A DNA stretch of 64,000 bases from a virus. Taxonomy: Duplodnaviria; Heunggongvirae; Uroviricota; Caudoviricetes. Each line of letters opens with the position of its first letter. The first letter of the stretch is position 1. The stretch is from positions 80,199-144,198 of the IMG/VR virus record IMGVR_UViG_3300028486_000080; one strand, given 5' to 3'. A program made the translations under genes and the position numbers. Of this stretch, positions 36,324 to 44,528 are shown piece after piece. Under the pieces are notes generated by a model that searched no databases, had not been told where the DNA came from, and worked only from the letters and a program-made list of their open reading frames with translations.

Positions 36324-36896
36324 CTAGGAAGAGGCATTCATCCTCGCTACGAGTTCATCCATATGAAAGGGGTAGTAATCGTTCTTTTCGACTGAGACGT
36401 TGAGGTAGCGGGGGTCGGGCGCTCCGTTGAGCATCACATCCTTCTCATGGATGTGTCCGTGGATGCACCACTTGTGTCCGTACCCCAGGCTCATCGGGTG
36501 CCAGGGGAAGTGGCACATCACGAAGGGCATCTTCCAAGGCTCAAGATCATGCCCCACGCGGCACGGCACGACCTTATAAAAGTGGCGTCGATATGCCAAT
36601 ACATCTAAGCCGTCATGGTTACCAGGGATGAGCACCTTCCGACCATTAAGGCGGGGCATGGTCTCATCCATAGCCTCTTCACCTTTCGAGCCGTAACCGA
36701 AGCCGAGATCACCTAGCATGTAAACTTTATCGTTAGGCTTAACACGGGCGTTCCAGCGCTCGATCATCACCTCATCCATTTCCTCTACACAGGAGAAGCC
36801 GGGGCGGATAAGGTTACCGTCATTGCCCTTAAAGGTTAATATCTTGGCGTGGCGGTAGTGTTGATCGGAGGTTACCCAGGTATCGTGCATCACCAA
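36324..36896 (-). CDS. calcineurin-like metallophosphoesterase
   Basis: motif I DTWVTSDQHYRH, motif II GDLGF, motif III GNHD and histidine-rich HGHIH block. Confidence 0.7.
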   Translation of the reverse strand: MVMHDTWVTSDQHYRHAKILTFKGNDGNLIRPGFSCVEEMDEVMIERWNARVKPNDKVYMLGDLGFGYGSKGEEAMDETMPRLNGRKVLIPGNHDGLDVLAYRRHFYKVVPCRVGHDLEPWKMPFVMCHFPWHPMSLGYGHKWCIHGHIHEKDVMLNGAPDPRYLNVSVEKNDYYPFHMDELVARMNASS

Positions 36897-37114
36897 ATCT
36901 CATATGGGGTGGCGTCAAACTTCTCTCCACTACAGCCGCACGTGACCACGAGGATCAAGCCGAGCGATGTAGGTGAAAAGCTCCAGGTGAACTGCCCGCC
37001 GATGGCGCCTGTATAGGACAGACGCTTGCCCTCTAAGAACGCGGCAAGCTCTTTGGCAAGAGCGTCCGTCGTGAAGTAATCGCACACAGGTGTCTTGACG
37101 GTCACGGGCTTCAA
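36890..37114 (-). CDS. hypothetical small protein
   Basis: 74 aa ORF. Confidence 0.3.
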   Translation of the reverse strand: MKPVTVKTPVCDYFTTDALAKELAAFLEGKRLSYTGAIGGQFTWSFSPTSLGLILVVTCGCSGEKFDATPYEIW

Positions 37115-37147
37115 GGAACCACCTCCAACTCAAGCTGATAGTATAGT

Positions 37148-37345
37148 TTAGCCGCCGCCATAGTTCACCCCCGCGCACCTGGGACATACATCGCCCGCTT
37201 GAGATAGCATCACCCACCCATGAAGGTAGGCGTAACGCCTAACGTCACGGATACCCTCGGGGACGAACAGGATCGCCGGGCAGTAGGTGCACTTAATCTT
37301 TTCACACATACCGGCACCCATAAAGGTTACTCGGGAGCTTGTCAA
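37148..37345 (-). CDS. small zinc-ribbon protein
   Basis: CTYC...CPRC Cys4. Confidence 0.3.
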   Translation of the reverse strand: MTSSRVTFMGAGMCEKIKCTYCPAILFVPEGIRDVRRYAYLHGWVMLSQAGDVCPRCAGVNYGGG

Positions 37346-37446
37346 GCGGAACCGGCTGACAACCGGCGCCGGTTAGCACGGATAAATCCGCTACTGAGCC
37401 AGCCGGTTCCTAGCCCGTGTGGGAGTTCCACCCACACGGGAGTCTC

Positions 37447-37854
37447 TTAGAGATCGTCCGCGTTGAGGATGCGATTGATCTCGGTATCGGCGGCGAGTTT
37501 CGCCTTCATGACGTTGTGGGCACCGACGATGGCAGCCTTCGCAGCGTCAGGATGGAGAACCGTGCTCTTGTTGCCCTGGGTCACTACCATAGGGGCTTCG
37601 ATATTGAAATTGCGGAGGAAGTCGTTGTAGTCGAGCGTGCCGCCGCTGATCGACTTCTTGGCACCCCAGGTACCCTTGACGCGGGACTTGAGGCTCTTGG
37701 GCTTCGCCTGCTTGGGGACGAAATCTTTGCCCGTGACGGACTTGATCGCGGCAAGCTCCTCTGCGGACTTACGTCCGCGCTTGGAGATAGCGCGCTTAAA
37801 GACCTTGCGCGTGCGCGCGTCAGCTTTCTTCAGGTTTTCTGCGAGGACATTCAT
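37447..37854 (-). CDS. lysine-rich hypothetical protein
   Basis: ORF 37447..38043 trimmed to ATG 37854 because the upstream part overlaps a tRNA gene. Confidence 0.45.
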   Translation of the reverse strand: MNVLAENLKKADARTRKVFKRAISKRGRKSAEELAAIKSVTGKDFVPKQAKPKSLKSRVKGTWGAKKSISGGTLDYNDFLRNFNIEAPMVVTQGNKSTVLHPDAAKAAIVGAHNVMKAKLAADTEINRILNADDL

Positions 37855-37922
37855 TAAGCTACTCCTACTGGTTAACAAATGCAGATGCCATATGATATGC
37901 AATTGCCTTGCCAATTTCAAAT

Positions 37923-37999
37923 TGGCACTAGCGAGTGGGTTCGAACCACTGTATCCCGATCCACAATCGAGCGCTCTCACCCATTGAGCTACGCTAGCA
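37923..37999 (-). tRNA. tRNA-His(GTG)
   Basis: minus-strand cloverleaf: acceptor gctagcg/cgctagt, anticodon arm ctcga-ttGTGga-tcggg, T-arm agtgg-gttcgaa-ccact, encoded CCA. Confidence 0.6.
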
Positions 38000-38001
38000 T
38001 T

Positions 38002-38085
38002 ATTGGTGCTCCAGGAGGGACTCGAACCCCCACGCCTAGGCACGTGGTCCTAAGCCACGCGTGTCTACCGTTTCACCACTGGAGC
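38002..38085 (-). tRNA. tRNA-Leu(TAG)
   Basis: acceptor gctccag pairs with ctggagc; anticodon loop cttagga; long variable arm; T-loop ttcgagt. Confidence 0.55.
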
Positions 38086-38087
38086 GG

Positions 38088-38161
38088 TGCCCTACCCCGG
38101 GCTCGAACCGGGAAAACTCGAATTTTAAGTCCGATACGTATACCAATTCCGTCAGTAGGGC
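38088..38161 (-). tRNA. tRNA, anticodon loop cttaaaa (TAA) in a short-variable-arm body
   Basis: acceptor gccctac/gtagggc, T-arm cccgg-ttcgagc-ccggg; class I length but a Leu-type anticodon, so identity is uncertain. Confidence 0.4.
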
Positions 38162-38185
38162 TGTTAGATTGTTACACTTTCTTAA

Positions 38186-38270
38186 TGGTGCGCCCGGTAG
38201 GACTTGAACCTACACGCCTTGCGACATTCCCTTTTGAGGAGAACGCGTCTACCAATTTCGCCACGAACGC
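38186..38270 (-). tRNA. tRNA-Leu(CAA)
   Basis: acceptor gcgttcg/cgggcgc (two G-U), D-loop aattggtaga, anticodon arm ttctc-ctCAAaa-gggaa, long variable arm, T-arm gtagg-ttcaagt-cctac, CCA encoded. Confidence 0.55.
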
Positions 38271-38271
38271 A

Positions 38272-38349
38272 TGGTGCCGATAGGAGGACTCGAACCTCCA
38301 TTTGCCCAGACTCTCGATCTGGTGCGTCTACCAATTTCGCCATATCGGC
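38272..38349 (-). tRNA. tRNA, anticodon unassigned (GAG-like loop with C33)
   Basis: acceptor gccgata/tatcggc, T-arm ggagg-ttcgagt-cctcc; anticodon stem-loop ambiguous. Confidence 0.4.
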
Positions 38350-38361
38350 TTTTGTAAGTTT

Positions 38362-38448
38362 TGGAGGACCGAGTGAGATTCGAACTCACGTTGGGCTTTC
38401 GCCTTCCGATTAAAAGTCGGGTGCCATCGTCCGCTCGGCCACCGGTCC
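38362..38448 (-). tRNA. tRNA, class II (Ser-like D-arm), anticodon unclear
   Basis: D-arm tggccgagcgg resembles tRNA-Ser; T-arm gtgag-ttcgaat-ctcac; anticodon loop reads cttttaa. Confidence 0.45.
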
Positions 38449-38633
38449 TGAAGACCTAGCCGTCGAGCGGTTAGGTCAGTCGATGGACGAGCTTTTTAAG
38501 TCGTAAGGCATGCAACGACAATCGCGCGGCGTGTGCGCCAGCGATTAAATGTCGGAAGATGTTCGTTGCGTTTGTCATGACGGGATATATAAGGTATCTA
38601 TATGCGTATGTCAACAGGTAAAGGTAAATAAAA

Positions 38634-38918
38634 ATGTCTGCGAATATTGCTCTGCTACCGCTCTCCACTGATGAGATTTTCAAACTTGTCAGGCGGCAGA
38701 TCAAAGCCAAAAAGCTGAAAACCGCAACGCTATCCACGAGAGCCGGATGCTTCTATTTCTACCTGCGCCTCGACAAAGACACGACCATCACTGTTGCTAT
38801 GTATCTAGATGGGCGGATGTCGATGTCGTACACCTCCCGCCTCGCTGGCAAGGAGCATGTCATCTGGTTCAGCAAACAGGAGCGTCAGGCATTGGCGCCA
38901 TCGTTGGTGCAACTGTGA
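38634..38918 (+). CDS. hypothetical small protein between tRNA clusters
   Basis: 94 aa ORF; weak. Confidence 0.25.
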   Translation: MSANIALLPLSTDEIFKLVRRQIKAKKLKTATLSTRAGCFYFYLRLDKDTTITVAMYLDGRMSMSYTSRLAGKEHVIWFSKQERQALAPSLVQL

Positions 38919-39056
38919 AGAAGCTGTGGCGGTGGATCACGTCTTGGTGGCGACCGAAGCCGCAGTACACTCAGATTGAATGGCAGGTTGATCTCGTAGT
39001 CATATGCGGCAAAGGCGCGGCGCGCATCTGGGGCATCGAAACCTCCGAAGAGGAAG

Positions 39057-39130
39057 TGGAGCGAATGAAGGGAATCGAACCCTTGTAACCTGATTGGAAG
39101 TCAGGGACTCTACCATTGAGCTACATCCGC
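39057..39130 (-). tRNA. tRNA-Gly(TCC)
   Basis: anticodon arm cctga-ctTCCaa-tcagg; T-arm aaggg-ttcgatt-ccctt; acceptor gcggatg/cattcgc. Confidence 0.6.
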
Positions 39131-39499
39131 ATTGTCTCGTTACGCTCTAGTATCTCCATAAACTCTACCGCCTTGTCCCGCTTGATCCGTAGATAAGGGA
39201 TCAGTTGGGGCAGCAGCGCCAGCAAGTCCAACTGCTTCGTGACATGCCACGTCAGCATCGGCTTTCTGTTATCCGGCACCTTCTTGTTACGGACGCGACC
39301 GCAGCCCGTAATCTCTTGGCACCACTCTATACTCCCGAAGTGCGTGTTGTGCACTTGAAGGCACAGGGCTCGATATCTTTTTCCACCGCGACCAGTGACC
39401 GTGTGGATTGAGAAGTTTCCCTCACCGTCAATGTAACCGGCGATCCAAGCCGCGTCGGTCTTTCGGAGGCGCTTTACAGTGCAAGCTCTAAGTACACGA
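39121..39499 (-). CDS. LAGLIDADG homing endonuclease (single-motif type), start uncertain
   Basis: AWIAGYIDGEGNFSI LAGLIDADG motif; the 195-aa ORF in the track runs through two tRNA genes, and no in-frame ATG lies between the motif and the tRNA at 39507. Confidence 0.5.
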
Positions 39500-39506
39500 G
39501 CGATGG

Positions 39507-39580
39507 TGGTTCTCCTGCGAGGATTCGAACCTCGATCTTCAGCTTCAAAGACTGCTATCCTACCGTTAGACGAAAGGAGA
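39507..39580 (-). tRNA. tRNA, anticodon unassigned
   Basis: T-arm cgagg-attcgaa-cctcg on the minus strand with complementary acceptor ends. Confidence 0.4.
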
Positions 39581-39581
39581 G

Positions 39582-39655
39582 TGGTTCTCGAAGCCTGACT
39601 CGAACAAGCATTCACCGCTCCAGAGGCGGGTGTCCTACCATTAGACGATTCGAGA
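39582..39655 (-). tRNA. tRNA, possibly Gln(CTG)
   Basis: acceptor tctcgaa/ttcgaga; anticodon loop ctctgga with a 4-bp stem. Confidence 0.4.
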
Positions 39656-39663
39656 ATGGACGC

Positions 39664-39739
39664 TGGAGCATAAGGTGGGACTCGAACCCACAGCCTCTTC
39701 GTTGGCAACGAAGCGCTCTAACCCTTGAGCTACAAATGC
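39664..39739 (-). tRNA. tRNA-Gly(GCC) with U5-U68 and U6-U67 acceptor mismatches
   Basis: D-arm gctc-aagggtta-gagc, anticodon arm cttcg-ttGCCaa-cgaag, T-arm gtggg-ttcgagt-cccac, CCA encoded; acceptor gcatttg vs cttatgc. Confidence 0.5.
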
Positions 39740-39740
39740 G

Positions 39741-40067
39741 TTAGCGTTGTCGTCCAGTCCAGTAAGCGTCCATGTTCTCTAGTGCCATCCGCAGATGGCG
39801 CTCTCCTTCAGGGTTTGCCGAGTGGATATTCCACCGGTAGTGTTTGCCAAATCCGTTACGCGCCCAAAGTTCAAGCGTATCGGCTACGATCTGAGAAGTG
39901 TTGTCTCCTCCGAGATCGTGATCGAAGGAGATACGATAGATGTCATAGTCAGGGTTCAACAGCGCTTGTAGTGCTTCCTCCGCCGTGCGCGCGATGATCC
40001 AACGCACGTAGTTGCCGGTTGGCGGCATACGCTCATCATCGATCCACAAGGCGCAGTAGTAACCCAT
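39741..40067 (-). CDS. hypothetical protein
   Basis: 108 aa ORF between tRNA genes; family not identified. Confidence 0.4.
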   Translation of the reverse strand: MGYYCALWIDDERMPPTGNYVRWIIARTAEEALQALLNPDYDIYRISFDHDLGGDNTSQIVADTLELWARNGFGKHYRWNIHSANPEGERHLRMALENMDAYWTGRQR

Positions 40068-40080
40068 CGTCTAAATTCCC

Positions 40081-40160
40081 TGGCGAGCATACCGGGACTC
40101 GAACCCGGTTTTCAAGGTGGACAGCCAAGCGTAATAACCCATATACGATACGCCCCAAGC
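40081..40160 (-). tRNA. tRNA-like element (atypical, possibly pseudo-tRNA)
   Basis: T-arm ccggg-actcgaa-cccgg and CCA present but no consistent anticodon arm found. Confidence 0.25.
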
Positions 40161-40163
40161 CAA

Positions 40164-40238
40164 TGGAGCCGGATACAGGACTCGAACCCGTGCAGCCGCC
40201 TTACAAGAGCGGTGCTCTACCTGTTGAGCTAATCCGGC
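40164..40238 (-). tRNA. tRNA-Thr(TGT)
   Basis: acceptor gccggat/atccggc; anticodon arm ccgct-ctTGTaa-ggcgg; D-arm tagctcaacaggtagagc. Confidence 0.6.
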
Positions 40239-40415
40239 GATGTGTTTGGGAGGGGGCGCGCGAAACGCGACTTGTATGATTACAGGCTTGCGCCCTGCGC
40301 AACCATACGCGCGCCCCCGGTGGTATCGAGACCACCGAGAGTGTTTGTGCCTTGAAGGCGCGTATGTTGCAGCATTTTGATCATGAGGGCTATATAAACC
40401 CTAATGATCCCGATG

Positions 40416-41786
40416 TCAAGAGCTAAGTGCTGCATTTTTTCTAATAGTCGAAAAGCTCTCGGGGTAGCGCACATAAGGGGCTTCCCATAACACTTCGAAC
40501 TGATGATGCTGCTGGACTCCGCGCTTGGACTTCTTACCTTTGTCAGTCACCGGCTCTTTGAAAACATCGACAAGCTCGCCGTTGATATGCGCCGCTGACG
40601 CCTTCATCGCATACTTGAACGTATCGCGGTTGACCTTCTGAAGAAGCCCACCACCCATACCAAACGCGATGTTGTCGATGGACCATCCATTGTTCATGAG
40701 CACATCCATCATATCGACAATCGTATCCGGCTCCATGCCGTCGCCTTGAATGATACGCAGATAGGGTGGCAGAACTTTGTAGCCTTTGCCGTTGGTCGTG
40801 AAACCGAACCGCTGCGCGAGGCTTTCGAGCACAGCGAGCACCACTTCATTCGGACGCCCACTGTCGGGACGAATGACAAGCGTACCCCCGCGCGACATGA
40901 CCTCATGACGTAGGCGGTCGCCCCAAATGTTTGAGACGGCATTGTAGATATCGTAAGAGTCCGACACGACTGAGAACAACGCCCCAGGCTTGGAGAATTG
41001 CTCAATCATATTCCGGTAGGCATCAACTTCGCGGTTGCGTCCCCACGAGGTGATGGTGCTGTGTTCCGCGGCGGGTATGGAGAACCCAGGCATGTCGATA
41101 TCGGAGTATGCTGCATAGTACTTGTCGAAGGCTTCCAGCGCCTCCATTGTGTCGGTGCCTTGGAAGTTGATCAGATGTGCGAGCCCACCCAGACCAGCGC
41201 TTTCGCTAGAGGATGCCCCACGTGCTCCGAAGTCGTGGAGCTTGTAGTCCAGACCATGAAGCGTATCGCATGTTAGCGCCATGTAGCGCTGGATGCGTTT
41301 TTTGATCTCGCGTGAGACAGTTGCGACAGTGGATGGATACCAAATTGCGCGCAACAGCGCGGTCTCCACGAAGCTCGTCAGCCAAGGCAGGCGATCATCA
41401 GTGTTCACGACCTGAATTTGTGGCGTGCCGATAGGTACAGGCAAGCCGCTGGGGAGAGATTGAATACGCAGCGGCAAGAATCCGCCGTGTTTGGTGACGA
41501 TGTAAATCCAGTCTTCGAGGTTGAAAGGAACCCCATGACGACGACATATGTCGCTGGCACGCGCAACATCGTCAGCGGTGATGGGATTACGCAGATAGTC
41601 CAGCGCAAACTGCACCGCACCGAAATGAACGATTTCGACGGGTCCATATTTGTCTTGATCGAACCAGCGCTTGGCTTCATTGCTCAAGCCGCGCGCTTCG
41701 ATGTAGGACCACACCTTCGTAGTCCCTGGAGGGTATTGAAGGTAGTGGCTCATCTTGTAGCTGTCGGTATGAAGAATCGGGTTCAT
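40416..41786 (-). CDS. nadV: nicotinamide phosphoribosyltransferase (NadV/NAMPT)
   Basis: N-terminus MNPILHTDSYKMSHYLQYPPGTT is the NAMPT signature; 456 aa; adjacent NMNAT gene. Confidence 0.85.
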   Translation of the reverse strand: MNPILHTDSYKMSHYLQYPPGTTKVWSYIEARGLSNEAKRWFDQDKYGPVEIVHFGAVQFALDYLRNPITADDVARASDICRRHGVPFNLEDWIYIVTKHGGFLPLRIQSLPSGLPVPIGTPQIQVVNTDDRLPWLTSFVETALLRAIWYPSTVATVSREIKKRIQRYMALTCDTLHGLDYKLHDFGARGASSSESAGLGGLAHLINFQGTDTMEALEAFDKYYAAYSDIDMPGFSIPAAEHSTITSWGRNREVDAYRNMIEQFSKPGALFSVVSDSYDIYNAVSNIWGDRLRHEVMSRGGTLVIRPDSGRPNEVVLAVLESLAQRFGFTTNGKGYKVLPPYLRIIQGDGMEPDTIVDMMDVLMNNGWSIDNIAFGMGGGLLQKVNRDTFKYAMKASAAHINGELVDVFKEPVTDKGKKSKRGVQQHHQFEVLWEAPYVRYPESFSTIRKNAALSS

Positions 41787-42109
41787 TTTATAGCTCCTAA
41801 GAAGCTCTCAATGAATGGGATGATGTCCGCATCATGATCGACGTGCGGGCGAACTACTCTGATGAGCAGCGCAGCCTTTTTGAGGTAATCTTGCTGCGAA
41901 TGCTCTTGCCACGTAGGGACACCATTTTTGATGAAGTAGAACCAACCACATCCGTCCGTATGGTTCCACCGACACAAACGGTCGTGCAGCACGATAGCTA
42001 CTTGCTGATCTAGCGTCAGCGCTGTTAGATGCTTCTGTTCCTCGATGAGTTTCGCCTTCTCGGCTTCAAGCTCAGCGATCTTCTTATCGATGCTGGATAC
42101 ACTGTTCAT
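41783..42109 (-). CDS. hypothetical protein between nadV and nadM
   Basis: 108 aa, N-terminal coiled coil; ATGA overlaps on both sides. Confidence 0.45.
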   Translation of the reverse strand: MNSVSSIDKKIAELEAEKAKLIEEQKHLTALTLDQQVAIVLHDRLCRWNHTDGCGWFYFIKNGVPTWQEHSQQDYLKKAALLIRVVRPHVDHDADIIPFIESFLGAIK

Positions 42110-43125
42110 ATCCCCACCATCACTTCCAGGATTGCGTAATGATCTTCGAAGAGCATGTCACGGTTGCGGCGTATCTCATCGAATGGCTTCCAGAAAGCTC
42201 GCTTGGCGTCGTCTCCACCTTTGACCTTTGGTAGAGACTCGCGCTCTTCGAGCTTGAACAGATACGCCTCGGTAATCGTGCGCCCACGTTCTGAGCGCAT
42301 CGGATCATCGAACGTCAACTGCTTGGTGATTGACCCTTCTAGAACCCGATCAGGGACTTTGATCTTAGTCTCTTCCTTGAGTTCTCGGAGCACTGCCTGC
42401 TTCAGAGTCTCAGTCTGATTGACGAAACCTCCAGGCAATGCCCACAAACCCCGCCCTGGAGAGGATCGGCGCTGCACCAGGAGGATGTGACCTGACTGGA
42501 CCACTACGGCATCTACCGTCTGGAATGTGGGCTTGTACGGGGCGACCGACCACTCTTCCTTATAGTCCTTGATAACGCGGAATTCTTCACGTAGCCAGCC
42601 GACGACAGGTTCAGCCGCCTTTCGGAAGGCTATGAAGTGTGCGTCGTTTATGAAGTCCTCGCGATAGACGCCCACCTCAAGCCAACGCCCACGGAACATG
42701 GTGCCGCTGAAGTCAGCAACCTCCTGCACCTCGACGTAATCCCATTGCGGGAACTTATGGAGGTAGTAGGTGGTGTGATCCTTATCGAGTCCGACGATAC
42801 CGATCTTGATTGGATCGGCGCTGAACTTTTTGTGCGTGATCGAATGGACGACATCCTGAAGTGATGCCACCCAACGATCATCGTTGTAGGTGTGGTCGTG
42901 CTGTACACCGAAGTGGATGCGCGGATCATTCTCCGGGAAGCACGCCTTGATCATGGCGATTCGCTCCGCGCTGGAGAACGGATTTCGGGTAGATCGGGAT
43001 TTCTGATGGGAGCCCAGAACGAAGATCAGGTTCTTCGATTTCTTCAGGGCTTCGAGGGCAACGTGATGGTGCCCTTTATGGTAGGGCTGGAATCGCCCCA
43101 CGAAAACGAGGTAGTCGTATTCCAT
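42106..43125 (-). CDS. natV: bifunctional NMN adenylyltransferase / Nudix ADP-ribose pyrophosphatase (NadM-Nudix, NatV-like)
   Basis: (H/T)xGH nucleotidyltransferase motif FVGRFQPYHKGH; Nudix box GGFVNQTETLKQAVLRELKEETKI in C-terminal half. Confidence 0.85.
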   Translation of the reverse strand: MEYDYLVFVGRFQPYHKGHHHVALEALKKSKNLIFVLGSHQKSRSTRNPFSSAERIAMIKACFPENDPRIHFGVQHDHTYNDDRWVASLQDVVHSITHKKFSADPIKIGIVGLDKDHTTYYLHKFPQWDYVEVQEVADFSGTMFRGRWLEVGVYREDFINDAHFIAFRKAAEPVVGWLREEFRVIKDYKEEWSVAPYKPTFQTVDAVVVQSGHILLVQRRSSPGRGLWALPGGFVNQTETLKQAVLRELKEETKIKVPDRVLEGSITKQLTFDDPMRSERGRTITEAYLFKLEERESLPKVKGGDDAKRAFWKPFDEIRRNRDMLFEDHYAILEVMVGI

Positions 43126-43207
43126 AGATAGCTCCTATCTATGAGGGTGGAACCCTCCCGTCTATCGGGTGGGCATGTAGTCTAATGTAGTATATCTTCA
43201 GCGGATG

Positions 43208-43807
43208 TCAAGCCTTATCGCGTATTTCAGCGTAAGAATGATCTAGGCGCGCGGGGAACGCCTTATCGATCTCCTGTGTCGAGAGGTACACGTCGTAATA
43301 CACCGCCTCATAGCCAAAGGGGCGATACTGATTGACGCCTCGTGGTGCGATAATGCGTGAGTAGGCTTTCTCGCCTGAGCGCTTTACCTCACTTTCATAG
43401 CTGCCATAGTAGTCGCCTGCGAAGATGAATTCGTAGACATGATCCTGCCAGACGCAAGCCGGAACTTTCACAAGGTATTGAGGACCGAGCTTCATCGGGC
43501 GAGCCCATGCCGTGATCTCGCCAGCCTTTAGCGCATCCAATACATGCCGCACAGAGGCGAGAGGCGCGCGGCGCTCGATGAGATTCAGTGCGTCGAGCAG
43601 CTTAGTGTCTGGCAATGCGCCATCAACACCGTTGTCGTTCTTGCCGACATGAGCGAGCGGAGGAGGACTCTGGTAGGCGTCGAGCGGCGGGTTGACTAGC
43701 GGCTCTTGCCGCACAACACGTGAGACTTCAGCCAAGCGCTCCGGGTTGCGGAATACCTGCACTTCGGGTTCAGCCTTGAACAGTTTCCATAGAGCTTTGA
43801 ACATCAC
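43208..43807 (-). CDS. hypothetical protein
   Basis: 199 aa ORF. Confidence 0.45.
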   Translation of the reverse strand: MMFKALWKLFKAEPEVQVFRNPERLAEVSRVVRQEPLVNPPLDAYQSPPPLAHVGKNDNGVDGALPDTKLLDALNLIERRAPLASVRHVLDALKAGEITAWARPMKLGPQYLVKVPACVWQDHVYEFIFAGDYYGSYESEVKRSGEKAYSRIIAPRGVNQYRPFGYEAVYYDVYLSTQEIDKAFPARLDHSYAEIRDKA

Positions 43808-43880
43808 TCCACCTCATCAAATGGCGCCAGCACGCAGAACACGAGCACAGCGAGACACAGGACAATAATGATCTGATAGA

Positions 43881-44078
43881 TCATGAACGGCTGCGCTTTT
43901 TCTCGCGTTCCTCATCCGCTTCTAGCTTCCATTTAGGACAAGCGGCGCCCGTCTTGGGATTGATTTGCGAAGGCGTACCGAAACGTGTCCAGTGCGCGAT
44001 CTTGCGGGCGATGTAGTCGAGTTTAGGTTTGTCAGCCACGGTAGCGATCTCCACGAGAATGACCGATATATCGTCCAC
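43881..44078 (-). CDS. hypothetical small protein
   Basis: 65 aa ORF. Confidence 0.3.
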   Translation of the reverse strand: MDDISVILVEIATVADKPKLDYIARKIAHWTRFGTPSQINPKTGAACPKWKLEADEEREKKRSRS

Positions 44079-44253
44079 GAAGGGCTGAAATGACCGCCAG
44101 AACAGCCAAAATGACCGCGACGAGGGTATACAGCGGCGCTGAAGAGAGGGTGCTGAATGTCACCACTGAACCGATAGCGTTGCCGATGAGTAGCCAGCGC
44201 ATAGTTATCTCCTGTTGAGCCCTAGCATTAACGTAAATGATTAGGGTTGTCAA
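44032..44253 (-). CDS. small membrane protein
   Basis: 73 aa with two hydrophobic helices. Confidence 0.3.
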   Translation of the reverse strand: MTTLIIYVNARAQQEITMRWLLIGNAIGSVVTFSTLSSAPLYTLVAVILAVLAVISALRGRYIGHSRGDRYRG

Positions 44254-44298
44254 GCGCCAATATCACTACCATATTAGTGTTAACCATTGGAGGGTCAT

Positions 44299-44505
44299 AT
44301 GAAACTATTCATCGCTCTAGCAGTCACATTCTTACTAGCGTTCAGTGCTCAGGCGGCGCCTAAGCACCATTCGGGCGCATATAACCATCACGCGCATAAA
44401 CATCACGACGCTCGGCGCTGGCATCAGAACCGTTGGCGCCATCGGCATCATGGTCCGCGTCGCCCGCGTCCCTACTTCGTGTTCCCGTTCTACTTTGGCT
44501 GGTGA
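44299..44505 (+). CDS. secreted histidine-rich small protein
   Basis: GGAGGG RBS then ATG 44299; signal peptide MKLFIALAVTFLLAFSAQA; mature part HH..HKHHD..RRWH..RHRHHG. Confidence 0.45.
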   Translation: MKLFIALAVTFLLAFSAQAAPKHHSGAYNHHAHKHHDARRWHQNRWRHRHHGPRRPRPYFVFPFYFGW

Positions 44506-44528
44506 TACCTTGACACCCTTATCCTGAC

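Noticed and set aside
37855-38043. N-terminal extension of ORF 37447..38043
   Set aside because: Overlaps tRNA-His on the same strand; gene trimmed to ATG 37854.
39121-39708. 195-aa ORF in the six-frame track
   Set aside because: Its N-terminal approx. 70 codons are simply the reverse-strand read-through of two tRNA genes; only the LAGLIDADG part (to about 39499) is plausibly coding.
40280-40474. 64-aa ORF downstream of nadV
   Set aside because: Overlaps the nadV 3' end and has no RBS or motif; likely non-coding.
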